From the NCBI GenBank assembly GCA_963722335.1, contig CAVRKY010000004.1, positions 185,590 through 249,589 of the forward strand: a DNA stretch of 64,000 nucleotides, in the 5' to 3' direction. This DNA is from an uncultured Holophagaceae bacterium. GTDB lineage: Bacteria > Acidobacteriota > Holophagae > Holophagales > Holophagaceae. The stretch's first letter is position 1, and every line of letters begins with the position of its first letter. A program made the position numbers and the translations under genes. Shown here piece after piece: positions 48,401 to 62,837 of this stretch. The notes below the pieces were generated by a model. The model saw only the letters and a program-made list of their open reading frames with translations. It searched no databases and was not told the DNA's origin.

Positions 48401-50500
48401 CTGCTGAATTATGTAGCCCAGGACAACCCGACCAATTACCCCGCCGGGGGAACCAACCAGCAGAGCCTGATCGAGTTCCTCATGGGCGCCAACCCGCTGG
48501 ATCCGACCGACTCCACGCCGAGCCTGGCCAACCGGGCCAACATCATGGGCGACATCGTCGATTCGGCCCCGGCGTACCTGACCTACACGTTCTCCGACAT
48601 CACCTTGCCGACGGGCTCCAAGCTGAGCCTCGCCGGACGGAACCGGTTCCGGATCATCCTGGTGGGCACCAACCAGGGGTGGCTGGAGGCCTTCGGCGAG
48701 ACGACCCAGGTCAACTCGGTCCGGCCCAACCCCACCAGCCAGCCCAATACCTACGTCAACCTGGTCACCGGCGAGGTGGACGAGTTGTGGGCCTTCATGC
48801 CCACGGATTTCCTCAAATACCTGGACTATTTGAACACTTCCACCAACAGCCACAAATTCATGGTGGATGGCACCCCGGACATCTACTTCCTGGACCTGCC
48901 GTCCTCGTCGGGGGGAAGCGGGAACGGCACCTATGACGGTTCCAACGTCGCCATCAATCCGTTGACGGACACCACCCATGAACGTGCCATTGCCCTCATC
49001 GGGCTGCGGGAAGGCGGAAGAAGCTACTATGCGCTGAACCTCCACAATCCGTTCGTTCCGACCCTGCAATGGTCGCTGGTGCCGGATGAAGCCTCCAGCA
49101 TTCCCCAGTCCCGGAACCTGACCGGCCTGTCCCTTGCGACCTTGCAGGGCATCGTGGCGAACATGGGGTTCTCCACCTGCACGCCTTCCATCGGGCGCGT
49201 CCTGTTCAACGGTGTCTACAAGGACGTGGTGTTCCTCGGGGGCGGGTACAGCGTGCCCCAGGTCGAGGCGAACTTCACGGGCGCCCCGAAGCTCGGGCGT
49301 TCGGTTCTCGCCATCGACGCCTATTCAGGCAATATCCTGGCCGCGGTGGACCTGACCAGTTCCAGCATCGGCGGGACCTCCGTGGGCCCCATCGCCAACG
49401 GGCTGGTCCCCTTCGAGTACTTCCTCGGTTCGGGCATGGCGCAGCGGGCCTACTTCCTGGACATGTGGGGGAGCCTGTGGTGCTGGGGCAGCAAGAACAC
49501 GGTTTCCAGTTCCAGCACGAGCAATCCCGGCTATCGGAATTTCCGCCTGGATACCTCCGAACTCCAGGCCTGGTCTTCGGACGGGACCCAGAGCGCGCCC
49601 TACGGCGCCACCGGTATCCGCAAGGTCTATCACGACGCCAACTCCACGGTCGCCAGCGGCCTCCTGTCCGGCCCCGCCTACACGACCCTGCCCTCGCCCT
49701 TCCTGGTGGGCACCTTCACGGGTGCCGGCCACAAGGACGCCCTGGGCACGACCGCCATCCCGACCGCGGTGGGAATCGCGATGGAAAGCGGCAACCGTTA
49801 TGATCCCTTGGACTTCGGTACCAATCTGCCGGCGAACACGCGACTCACCGTCGTGTTCGATCGTCAGGACAGCCGGGCCTGGACCTTCGATTCGGCCTCG
49901 GGGCCGGATACGGGCATCAACTCTGACTCCTACCTGCTGAATGCCGGCAAATGGGGCGCCAATGGCGGGATCAGCACCACCCTGCCGACCGGGAGCGCTT
50001 ACATCACCCCCGGCACCTCTTCCTACTACCTGGCTCCTTCCTCCCAAGGCAGCACCGATTTCGGGTACTACGTGACCTTCCCGGACAAGCTCCAGGACAC
50101 GACCAACACCACCGTCTACCACTATTCCAAGGGCATCAACCCCCCGATGGTCGTATCCGGCAGCTTGTATTATTCCTATTTCACCCCCACCACCGCCGAC
50201 GTCTGCACGGGCGGGTCGGGCTTCACCTACTCCAACAAGATCTGCGACGTCATGAACCCGGTCGTGTCGGTGCCCACCCCCACCGGGATGATTTGCGGCA
50301 GCGGCTGGGTCGGCACGTGGCTCAACGTCGCCTCGGACTTCTCCATGATGGGCAGCGTGAGCGTCCAGCAGGCCGGCACCATCGCCACCGCCAACCCCGC
50401 CAACCCCAACCAGACCATCACCACCATGAGTTCCGCCACCTACTCCGGCCAGGGGCAAAGCCGGTTCCCCAAAGCACGGGTCTGGCGCACGGTCCATTAG
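45485..50500 (+). CDS. pilY1: PilY1/PilC-type pilus tip adhesin (vWA domain + beta-propeller)
   Basis: Signal peptide; MIDAS DFSGS, TPL, VFTDG; MGDIVDSAP, VGTNQG.L.AF, ELWAFMP, VDGTP, GLREGGRSYYAL. Confidence 0.85.
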   Translation: MNLRLGFRSILAALILSLGGSVPLSAQLNPQLQGSPTDFLDLYQQSSQAKVKPEIMTVFDFSGSMQNLMFHPQYVNTDATDSGNESQMTFTLNAAVAGNNSYTVTATSIQDTSVTASVGLVVNSNGTVTVTANTPTYLYGSGTQPYGHHTTGGSVYISISKITATGTSPISLSVTVYGTNSSTSSTHTADLGVTWSVSPSGTVGSTTDPGNVTLAKHSGSSYVYQNHVNQYATWTPPAYNAGTPAYISASFSAYQGGSAFSGATLVCLVKPDGTAVTATDAGNAANPTGLTLYGIGSGASDVRNWVRAASHARFSYNDSGTTRTVDVPIPWKITNRNVAIQNPLPSQTVLDQEVKVASNGTTTTYGSGQQVEMDLMYTFDNGSDVLSGNSSATTTTNLSLVVYKNAYLTWLFTGKYQSSNSANAYYSVADSGKYIVFDAATGNLAAGQGTGNLAWGQGYGTFAATDTIQMPQYSLSGVWQSDATVSASLNAVPALMRCQAVKRAAIQTWIKYQADVLWAFRFLDPSHEANGGSATTIDNNSKTTLTNAAGTITAQGYGQDSAWTLMNNTAAQGTTSTSGNSVIGMQRIAALFPNNDTPLTYAMARGLAQFTDPNSVFNGPETSNGVSTTSQCLSHFLIVFTDGIDNNGSGTNNTNGTTPYVTKSGSAYVFNADTGNKAILGSSGYGVVNRNGADWNMFTFSGMAAHMSDSTLGGQVAGTDYLAAWDPGSPGAAQKSGTPSAFIPFAIHRRNGTVFNHDHPITTMTVGVSLGGTTAPPATGSISPKWNLLLAAALGDPTVDSYPDVTQLTPFQWDPSLNSGSGGRVSGSIYYFDGTNPDAISQDLVYAFQSAINSSQINVTSNPNLPFIGSSLGEEILLGKFQPPQNGGVMWAGDLLMFPTTTDSNGNTVILDKTGNPTSTLNSTTAVWSGYDALLANRRWDARKLYTRLPGADPTVATLTPFTYTGTTTSNLLLNYVAQDNPTNYPAGGTNQQSLIEFLMGANPLDPTDSTPSLANRANIMGDIVDSAPAYLTYTFSDITLPTGSKLSLAGRNRFRIILVGTNQGWLEAFGETTQVNSVRPNPTSQPNTYVNLVTGEVDELWAFMPTDFLKYLDYLNTSTNSHKFMVDGTPDIYFLDLPSSSGGSGNGTYDGSNVAINPLTDTTHERAIALIGLREGGRSYYALNLHNPFVPTLQWSLVPDEASSIPQSRNLTGLSLATLQGIVANMGFSTCTPSIGRVLFNGVYKDVVFLGGGYSVPQVEANFTGAPKLGRSVLAIDAYSGNILAAVDLTSSSIGGTSVGPIANGLVPFEYFLGSGMAQRAYFLDMWGSLWCWGSKNTVSSSSTSNPGYRNFRLDTSELQAWSSDGTQSAPYGATGIRKVYHDANSTVASGLLSGPAYTTLPSPFLVGTFTGAGHKDALGTTAIPTAVGIAMESGNRYDPLDFGTNLPANTRLTVVFDRQDSRAWTFDSASGPDTGINSDSYLLNAGKWGANGGISTTLPTGSAYITPGTSSYYLAPSSQGSTDFGYYVTFPDKLQDTTNTTVYHYSKGINPPMVVSGSLYYSYFTPTTADVCTGGSGFTYSNKICDVMNPVVSVPTPTGMICGSGWVGTWLNVASDFSMMGSVSVQQAGTIATANPANPNQTITTMSSATYSGQGQSRFPKARVWRTVH

Positions 50501-50514
50501 CCCGGAGGGCCGGG

Positions 50515-51486
50515 TCAGCGAAGCACAGCCGAAACCCGGAGGTCCAGTTCCCGCTGGTCCGGCACGTCCAGGTCCAGAGTCACCTTCTCCTCATAGGTCC
50601 CCGGCCCGGCCGCCTCCCCCAGGACGATCCGGACCTGGTGGGCGGCGGCGGCACCGGGGGTGAGGTCCTCCGCCTTGAGGAGCGCGCTGGTGGTGCGCGC
50701 CCCCAGGATCCGGAAGGGCTTCTTGTCCCGGCGGGCCACGGTCACCGTGGCGGCCAGGTCCTTGCCTGCGGACTCGGCCCAGGCCAACCATTCGGGGGTG
50801 GCCGAGACCAGCGGGAGCTTCGCCCAGTTGACCTTGAGGGTCACGGCATTGGGCCTGGGATTCTCCAGGTGGAGGGTGACGGTGTCGGTCCCGGCCTGGC
50901 GGTCCCGGGGCAGGCGGCGGGCCAGGAGGTCCAGGTCCACGAACACGTCCTGGCCGACCTCCCGGGTGGCCACGCCAAGCCAGGGCGCCGGGGACAGGTC
51001 CACATCGGTGACCGCGATGGGCTGCCCGGTGCCGGATTCCAGCTTCACGGTGACCCGGCGCCGGTCCGTCGGCGCCAGGTCCAGCATCGGGATCTGGTCG
51101 GAGGCCAGCAGGATGTCGCCCATGACGTCCGCCCGGATGTCCAGGGCCTGGCGGGGCCGGGCGGGGTCGTTGGTCACCACGTCCACCGTCTTCTGCACCG
51201 GCCCGCGAAACCCGCCGGGATTGAAGGCCACCTCCAGTTCGGTGCGTTCCCCGGGCGCCAGGGTCTTCTGCCCTACCACGGCGGTGGTGCAGCCGCAGCC
51301 GGGCTGCAGGCGGATGATCTCCAGGGGCGCGTCCCCCCCGTTGGCCAGGACGAAGCGGTGGAGGACCCGGGACCCCTGGGGGATCCGCCCGAAATCGAAC
51401 TGGCTGGACTCCAGCACCGCCTTGGGCTGGGCACAGGCCCACCCCACGCAAGCCAGGGACAGGGACAAGGCTTTGATGAGGCGCAT
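50515..51486 (-). CDS. DUF1573-domain secreted protein
   Basis: FDFG.I......HRF.L.N.G..PL.I....PGCGCT...LAPGE; V.TNDP. Confidence 0.82.
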   Translation of the reverse strand: MRLIKALSLSLACVGWACAQPKAVLESSQFDFGRIPQGSRVLHRFVLANGGDAPLEIIRLQPGCGCTTAVVGQKTLAPGERTELEVAFNPGGFRGPVQKTVDVVTNDPARPRQALDIRADVMGDILLASDQIPMLDLAPTDRRRVTVKLESGTGQPIAVTDVDLSPAPWLGVATREVGQDVFVDLDLLARRLPRDRQAGTDTVTLHLENPRPNAVTLKVNWAKLPLVSATPEWLAWAESAGKDLAATVTVARRDKKPFRILGARTTSALLKAEDLTPGAAAAHQVRIVLGEAAGPGTYEEKVTLDLDVPDQRELDLRVSAVLR

Positions 51487-51539
51487 CGGGACCCCTTCGC
51501 GCCTTGATCATATCCCAAGGCCGCCGGCGGAACCTCCGG

Positions 51540-51671
51540 TCAGCGGTGGACCAGCACCAGGACCAGGGTGATGCCCGCCAGGATCAGCAGCAGATTCCAT
51601 AGGTCCAGGCAGGCGGTGAGGGATGGGCCGGGACGGTCGGGTTGGTCCGGTTCGGGCTTGGGCTCGGGCAT
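51540..51671 (-). CDS. Small single-TM protein B (43 aa)
   Basis: GGAGG RBS; MPEPKPEPDQPDRPGPSLTACLDLWNLLLILAGITLVLVLVHR; paralog of the neighbouring ORF. Confidence 0.6.
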   Translation of the reverse strand: MPEPKPEPDQPDRPGPSLTACLDLWNLLLILAGITLVLVLVHR

Positions 51672-51764
51672 GGTTCCCTCCGGCAAAGCCCGGATGGGCA
51701 TGCACTACCTGTAGGCGCCGGATGTAACGGCCGTGCGACCAACCTGTGACATCCCTGGTTCCCG

Positions 51765-51890
51765 CTACCAGGGCCTGAGCACCAGGACCAGCGCCACCCC
51801 CAGCAGGATCAGCAGGAGGTTCAGGAGATCCACGGCTGGCGCGGTGACCGGGTGCCTTTGGAAGGGGTGGAAGGGTGTATGGAGATGCAT
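51765..51890 (-). CDS. Small single-TM protein A (41 aa)
   Basis: GGGGGAGG RBS; MHLHTPFHPFQRHPVTAPAVDLLNLLLILLGVALVLVLRPW. Confidence 0.6.
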   Translation of the reverse strand: MHLHTPFHPFQRHPVTAPAVDLLNLLLILLGVALVLVLRPW

Positions 51891-51989
51891 GGCCTCCCCC
51901 GGAAGCCGGACCCCTGAGGGGGTCACCTCCAATATGGGTCATTTTTGCGGTCGGTGCCGCAGGTGCCAAACCGTTCCGGCCCGGGTCGT

Positions 51990-54611
<2,622 letters not shown>

Positions 54612-54623
54612 TCGGCTTCCGTG

Positions 54624-54639
54624 CGTTCCACGTGGAACA
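54624..54639. promoter_or_regulatory. parS site
   Basis: CGTTCCACGTGGAACA between gyrB and gyrA. Confidence 0.8.
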
Positions 54640-54644
54640 AAGGT

Positions 54645-57200
<2,556 letters not shown>

Positions 57201-57267
57201 TCACTTTTCATGGCGGCTCGCGGGTTCAAGAAATGGCGTCGTGCGGCCGGATGCCGTTGCGGGCGCT

Positions 57268-58395
57268 TCAACCGGGATTGGCAAACTTCACCGGCATGAG
57301 GATGTAGCGGAAGCTCATGTCCTCGATGCTGGGAGACATGAAGATGCCCTGGCCGACATCGTCCTTGAACTGGTAGACCACCTCCTCGCCGGGAATCCGT
57401 TCCAGGAGCTCGGTCAGGTAGTCGATGTTGAAGGCGAGCTCCAGGGGCTGCTCCTCTCCGGAGAAGGTGAGGGTGCCCTGGTTGACCCCTTCGTCCGGGT
57501 GCTGGAAGAACACCCGCAGGTTGGGGAATTCGAAGAAAAGGCGCACGTTCTTGTTGTAGTCGTCCTTCTTGAGCCCCACCACCCGCAGGGTCTTGAGGAA
57601 ATCCTCCCGGTCCATGATCACCTTCTTGGGCAGTTCCGAGGGCAGGACCTTCTCGTAGGCAGGGTAGTTGCCGGTCACCCGCCGGGTGGAGAACTTGAGC
57701 CCAGGCTGGTCCATGAACAGGCTGCGCTCGTCCCAGGTGAGGGTCAGCTGGCCGTCGTCGCCCAGGGAAGTGGGCAGCAGGTCCAGGGCCCGGCGCGGCA
57801 CGATCAGGCGCGCGTCGGCCTCGAGGCCGGTCTCGCAGGGCAGTTCCACCACCGCCAGGCGGAAGCCGTCGGTGGAGACCACCCGGATGTAGTGCTTGCT
57901 CAGGTGCAGCAGCACCCCCGAGAGGGCGGGCTTGGTGGCGTCCTTGCTCACGGAGATGGAACCCAGGGTAATGGCCTTGCGGAAGGACTGGGTGGGGACG
58001 TGCACGCAAGGCAGTCCCGGCTCGGGCTTGGGCAACTCCGGGAAGCCCTCGCCGGGCTGGACGTTGTGTTCGGAATTGAAGCCTTTGGCCCGCAGCCAGA
58101 TGCGGTTGCCGGAATCGGGCCACTCCAGGCTCAGGATGCCCTCGGGGAAGACCCGCACCGTCTCGATGAACTTCTTGCCGGGGATGGCCACCACCCGGTT
58201 GCCCTGGCCTTCCACCGGGACCACCGCTTCAAAGGCCAACTCCATGTCGGTGGCCTTGAGGGTCATCTCGTGGTCGTTCACCTCCGCCAGGATGTGCTGG
58301 AGGATGGGCAGGGTCACCCGGCGTTCCAGGGCGTGTTTCAGAATCCCCAAGGTCTTATCAAGACGTTCTTTGGAAACCTGTACCTGAAAGTTCAT
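57268..58395 (-). CDS. dnaN: DNA polymerase III beta sliding clamp
   Basis: LPIL..IL, ATDME, STDGFRL, AFN..YL, YILMP. Confidence 0.95.
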   Translation of the reverse strand: MNFQVQVSKERLDKTLGILKHALERRVTLPILQHILAEVNDHEMTLKATDMELAFEAVVPVEGQGNRVVAIPGKKFIETVRVFPEGILSLEWPDSGNRIWLRAKGFNSEHNVQPGEGFPELPKPEPGLPCVHVPTQSFRKAITLGSISVSKDATKPALSGVLLHLSKHYIRVVSTDGFRLAVVELPCETGLEADARLIVPRRALDLLPTSLGDDGQLTLTWDERSLFMDQPGLKFSTRRVTGNYPAYEKVLPSELPKKVIMDREDFLKTLRVVGLKKDDYNKNVRLFFEFPNLRVFFQHPDEGVNQGTLTFSGEEQPLELAFNIDYLTELLERIPGEEVVYQFKDDVGQGIFMSPSIEDMSFRYILMPVKFANPG

Positions 58396-58618
58396 GAATC
58401 ACCCTGATTATGCTGAGTGGAGAGCAATCCTGCGGAAATCGCTTCAAACCCTTAGTGTAGCTTGAAACAACGGCGTTGGGCAGGTGCGGGCCCAGGGGTT
58501 GGAAGGGTGGATTCCCGGAGGGAGGAACCTGAGGGCACCCCGGGAAAGAGGGGCTTTCCACAAGGATGCGCGCAAGCTCCTGAGGAAAACCCCGGCTGAT
58601 GAAGTAAGTAATGTCATG

Positions 58619-59995
58619 TCATTGGATGCTGTTGAGCAGGGAGTGCACGATCTTGTGGAAATCCGCATCCTTCTGCATGCGGTTCTTGACCGAATTAATG
58701 GCGTTCATGACCGTGCTGTGGTGCATATCGTTGAAACTGTGCCCGATTTCCGTGAAGGAGGCGGCGGTGAGTTCCCGGGTCAGGTACATGGCCACTTGGC
58801 GGGGCAGGAGGACCGCCTGCTGGCGTGACTTCTTCTTCATCAGGTCGCTGAAGGAGAGGTTGTAGGTCTCGGCGGTCATCCGGCAGATGCGTTCCATGGA
58901 AATGGCGGCGGTGGCCTCGTTGCCGGTGAGGCCCTGGAAGGCGAGCTGGGCCACTTCCAGGCTCGGGGAGACGCCCAGGAAGCTGCTCTGGAACACCACC
59001 CGGGTGAGCAGGCCCTCCAGGTCCCGCACACTGCCCTTGGCCTTGTGGGCGATGAAGGTGATGACGTCCTCCCCCACTTCCGGCAGGCCCTTGAACACCT
59101 CGTCTTCCAGCTTCTTGCGCAGGATGGCCACCCGGGTCTCGAAGTCGGGCGGCTGGATATCCGCCGTGAGTCCCCACTTGCAGCGGGTAATGAGACGATC
59201 GTGAAGCCCTTCCAGCTTCTGGGGCGGCTTGTCGGACGTGATGACGATCTGCTTACCGTACTGGAGGAGGTATTCCAGGATGTAGAAGATCTCTTCCTGG
59301 GTCCGCTCCATCCGGCCCAGGGTCTGCACATCGTCCAGGAGCAGGACGTCGTTCTGCTGGTACTTCTTGCGCATCGGCTCGGTGTTCTTGGCCCGGATGG
59401 CGAGGGTGAGCTCGTTGAAGAAATTGTCCACCTTCAGGTAGGCCACCTTCAGGGACCGGTTCTTGGCCAGAAGGCCCTTGCCGATGCCGATCATCAGGTG
59501 GGTCTTGCCCAGACCCGAACCCCCGTAGACGAACAGAGGATTCAAGTTCAGGGAAGACTTGGGCTTTCCGTGGCTCTCCACCACCGCGTTGGCGGCGGCG
59601 AAGGCCAGCTGGCTGCTGGGCCCCACCACGAACCGGTCCAGGGTGTAGCGATGGAAACCCTGGGGGAACGGCGAATCCACGTCGTCTTCCGGAGCCGTGG
59701 AAGCGGCGGCCTTGGGGCGCTGGGAACCCTTGGGCGGGCGGGCGTCCCCCGCCACCATGAAGGCCAGCCTCAGGTTGGCCAGGTCCGACTGCACCAGCAC
59801 ATCGTGGAACTCTTCCGCCAGCTGCTGCTCGATCCAGATGCGGGCGGACGGGGACGGCACCTGGATGAGCAGCGTGTTGCCGTCGTAGCTCACGGCGGAA
59901 CAGGGTTCGATCCAGTCGCTGAAAGTCCGCTCGGGAAGGCGCTGGCCGAGCCCTTTGCGCAGGGTGTCCCAGAGGGCTTGTGGATCTTGTGACAT
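58619..59995 (-). CDS. dnaA: Chromosomal replication initiator
   Basis: NPLFVYGGSGLGKTHL, LLDDVQ, PDFETR, RQVAMYL, HSTV. Confidence 0.97.
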   Translation of the reverse strand: MSQDPQALWDTLRKGLGQRLPERTFSDWIEPCSAVSYDGNTLLIQVPSPSARIWIEQQLAEEFHDVLVQSDLANLRLAFMVAGDARPPKGSQRPKAAASTAPEDDVDSPFPQGFHRYTLDRFVVGPSSQLAFAAANAVVESHGKPKSSLNLNPLFVYGGSGLGKTHLMIGIGKGLLAKNRSLKVAYLKVDNFFNELTLAIRAKNTEPMRKKYQQNDVLLLDDVQTLGRMERTQEEIFYILEYLLQYGKQIVITSDKPPQKLEGLHDRLITRCKWGLTADIQPPDFETRVAILRKKLEDEVFKGLPEVGEDVITFIAHKAKGSVRDLEGLLTRVVFQSSFLGVSPSLEVAQLAFQGLTGNEATAAISMERICRMTAETYNLSFSDLMKKKSRQQAVLLPRQVAMYLTRELTAASFTEIGHSFNDMHHSTVMNAINSVKNRMQKDADFHKIVHSLLNSIQ

Positions 59996-60217
59996 GGCGA
60001 AGTCCCAGTCTATGACAACCAAGTGGAACCCGACCCGGGAAGGGCGTCAGGCTCGTGGCGGGGGAACGGCCCTGGTACTCCACTCCGGATGCGGGAATGG
60101 TACTTTAGCATCGCCGTCCGGTCCTTGGGGTCACTCTTTGGAGTTGAGCGCCAAATCGGCTCCTGGTAGGCTCAAAGGTTCGCCCCTTCCTCCAAAGATT
60201 GGGCCATGAGGTGTTCG

Positions 60218-60352
60218 ATGAAGCGTACCTTCCAGCCCAACAACCGGCACCGGGCCAAGACCCACGGTTTCCTTACCCGCATGAAGACCAAGAACGGTCG
60301 CCTGGTGCTCAAACGCCGGCGGGCCAAAGGGCGCCACACCCTGGCCCTCTAG
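60218..60352 (+). CDS. rpmH: 50S ribosomal protein L34
   Basis: [44 protein letters not shown]; not in the ORF track. Confidence 0.96.
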   Translation: MKRTFQPNNRHRAKTHGFLTRMKTKNGRLVLKRRRAKGRHTLAL

Positions 60353-60720
60353 TGCAGGTAGCCGGGCGCTACCAGGTGGTGCGGCGCCAGGACCACGCGG
60401 TTCCCGCCGCCGTTCCGCGATCCCTCCTGGGGCGCGAGCATTCCCTGGACATCCGCGTCTGGCCCTGGGCACCCGGCGCGCAACCCCTGCTCCTGGTCAC
60501 CGCGTCCCGCAGGCAGGGCCAAGCTGTGCAGCGGAACCGCTTCCGGCGCCGGGTGCGCATGGCCTTCCTCAAGATCCTGGAGGAAGGATTGGCCCCGGTT
60601 GATCTACGATACGTTGTGTGGGTCCGCCCCGCCCGCGGGGCACCTCGAGGCTGTCCTTTCTCCTTCCATGAAATCGAAAGCCAGCTTCGGCTGGCCCTGC
60701 GCCGTTGGGACCATCGATGA
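60352..60720 (+). CDS. rnpA: Ribonuclease P protein component (divergent)
   Basis: AVQRNRFRRRVR (RNR motif); located between rpmH and yidC. Confidence 0.85.
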   Translation: MQVAGRYQVVRRQDHAVPAAVPRSLLGREHSLDIRVWPWAPGAQPLLLVTASRRQGQAVQRNRFRRRVRMAFLKILEEGLAPVDLRYVVWVRPARGAPRGCPFSFHEIESQLRLALRRWDHR

Positions 60721-62303
60721 AGAACAAGAACATGATTGTTTTCGTCATACTGAGTGTGGTCCTGCTGTGGGGCTACCAGTACCTGACGACCCACCTGAAC
60801 CCGCCCAGGCCCGCCCAGGTGCAATCCGCCGGTCCAGCTCCGGCGGCCGGCCCGGTCGCGGCCCCCGGCGCCCCGGCGAGCCCGGCGGCCGCTCCGGCGG
60901 TGGACCTCTCGGCCCGCTTCACCTTGCGCAACGACACCCTCGGGCTCACCTGGCGCAAGGGCGACGGCGCCTTGGCCCAGGTGGAGTGGAGCGACGGCAC
61001 CAAGTTCTTCCCGGAGGCGCGGCCCGGCAAGGACGAGCCGGAAGCGGGCCAGGAGTTCCCCGGCCTGGCGGCGGCGGTGAACACCCGCTTCGAAGGGGAC
61101 CCGGAGGTGGCCGACGTGCCCGGCGGGCGCACGGTGACCTTCCACAACGCCCAGGGGGACCGGCTCACCTACACGGTGCCGGCCCAGGGGCACATTCTGA
61201 CCATGGAGTGGACGTCCCCCAAGGGCGCGGCCCTGAACCTGCTGCCCCGCCCGGACAGCCTGCAGGCGGTGTTGGGCCTGGGCCGGGTGTTCACCATCGA
61301 GCCCAGCTCCATCAAGGCGGTGGCCTGGAGCGCCATGCTCAAGGACCCCTTCTTCAGTTTCCTGGGCGCCAGGCGCAAGGACCTGCCCCCGGCTTCCCCG
61401 CGCCTGGGCATGGACGCCGGGGTGGATTCCACCAAGCCTACCGCCAACCATTATTTCGCCGCCATCTGGGACGCTTCCCGGGAACCGGTGCGGGACCCGG
61501 CGGCGGGCTACCTCCTGGCTCCCGAAGGGGGCGGCAAGGTGTCCGCCCGGCTGTACCTGGGGCCCAAGCAGAGCGAGGACCTGGCCCAGTTCCACGCCCC
61601 CGGCGACCCTGAGTCGGGGGCCATGTTCAAGCAGGTGGTGGACTTCGGCTTCTTCGGCCTGGTGGCCAAGCTGCTGTTCCTGATCCTGCGGGGGATCCAC
61701 ACCTTCGTGCCCAACTGGGGCTGGGCCATCATCCTGTTCACGGTGGTCATCCGGGCCTCCCTGTGGCCCCTCAACACCAAGACCACGGTGCAGATGATGC
61801 GCATGAAGGAGCTGGAGCCGTACCAGAAGGCCCTGCAGACCAAGTACGCGAAGTTCGGCAACGACATGACCAAGAAGGCGGAGATGCAGAAGGAGCTCAT
61901 GGCCTTCTACAAGAAGAACGGCCACAACCCCATGGGCGGCTGTCTGCCCATGGTGGTGCAGATGCCCGTGTTCTTCGCCCTGTGGTCCATGCTCAACGCG
62001 GTGTTCGAACTGCGCCACGCCTACTTCATCGGCTGGCTGAAGGACCTGTCCGCCTCGGACCCGTTCTACATCCTCCCGGTGCTCATGGGCCTCTCCATGA
62101 TCGCCCAGCAGGCCATGACCCCGGCGGTGGGCGACCCGGCCCAGCGCAAGATGATGATGATCGTCATGCCGGTGATGTTCTCCTTCTTCTTCGCCAAGAC
62201 GCCTTCCGGCCTGTGCCTGTATTACCTGATGTTCAACCTCATCGGCATCCTGCAGACCTGGCTGGTGATGCGGAGCTACAAGCCCCAGCCGATCGTGACC
62301 TGA
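60717..62303 (+). CDS. yidC: Membrane protein insertase YidC
   Basis: DFGFF, NWGWAII, NPMGGCLP..VQMP, DLSASDP, PSGL.LY. Confidence 0.95.
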   Translation: MKNKNMIVFVILSVVLLWGYQYLTTHLNPPRPAQVQSAGPAPAAGPVAAPGAPASPAAAPAVDLSARFTLRNDTLGLTWRKGDGALAQVEWSDGTKFFPEARPGKDEPEAGQEFPGLAAAVNTRFEGDPEVADVPGGRTVTFHNAQGDRLTYTVPAQGHILTMEWTSPKGAALNLLPRPDSLQAVLGLGRVFTIEPSSIKAVAWSAMLKDPFFSFLGARRKDLPPASPRLGMDAGVDSTKPTANHYFAAIWDASREPVRDPAAGYLLAPEGGGKVSARLYLGPKQSEDLAQFHAPGDPESGAMFKQVVDFGFFGLVAKLLFLILRGIHTFVPNWGWAIILFTVVIRASLWPLNTKTTVQMMRMKELEPYQKALQTKYAKFGNDMTKKAEMQKELMAFYKKNGHNPMGGCLPMVVQMPVFFALWSMLNAVFELRHAYFIGWLKDLSASDPFYILPVLMGLSMIAQQAMTPAVGDPAQRKMMMIVMPVMFSFFFAKTPSGLCLYYLMFNLIGILQTWLVMRSYKPQPIVT

Positions 62304-62316
62304 GGAGGAGGATCCC

Positions 62317-62781
62317 ATGCGCAAGACCGCCCTTCCGCTGGAACAGGCCCCCGAGGTGATGGCCCGGTGGTGCCGCCACCTGGGTTTCAACGTGAAGGCG
62401 GCCTTCGAGACGTCCGGGGATGAAGCCTTGTTCCCCAACCGCCTGGTGCTCAGCGGCCCGGACGCCGGCTGGTTGTCCGGCAATAAGGGCCAAGTGTTGG
62501 ATGCCCTACAATTTCTTCTTCATGAAGCCCAGGGGGAGCGGGAGGAGAACCGGCTGGTCTACCTGGATGCCGAGTCCTACCGCCTGTTCCGGATGAAGGA
62601 GGTCATCGCCATGGCCGGGTTCGCGGCCGAGAAGGCCAAGGCCCTGGGCAGCTACACGTTCTCCTCCCTCAGCCCTCGGGAGCGGCGCTGGGTGCACATG
62701 GTGCTGGGCCGCCAGCCGGGCTTCACCACCGAGAGCGAGGGCACCGGCACCTTCAAGGCCTTGAAAGTCACCCGGGTCTGA
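62317..62781 (+). CDS. jag: Jag/KhpB-like RNA-binding protein (KH + R3H, short)
   Basis: G.KG..LDALQFL, RERRWVH (R3H), SEGTG. Confidence 0.8.
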   Translation: MRKTALPLEQAPEVMARWCRHLGFNVKAAFETSGDEALFPNRLVLSGPDAGWLSGNKGQVLDALQFLLHEAQGEREENRLVYLDAESYRLFRMKEVIAMAGFAAEKAKALGSYTFSSLSPRERRWVHMVLGRQPGFTTESEGTGTFKALKVTRV

Positions 62782-62837
62782 TCCGCGGCGCCGGATACCG
62801 CACCGGGGACCTTTCCAGTCCACTCTCCGGCCCCTCC

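Noticed and set aside
51705-51735. REP-like GTAGGCGCCGGATG
   Set aside because: Single copy with no palindrome partner.
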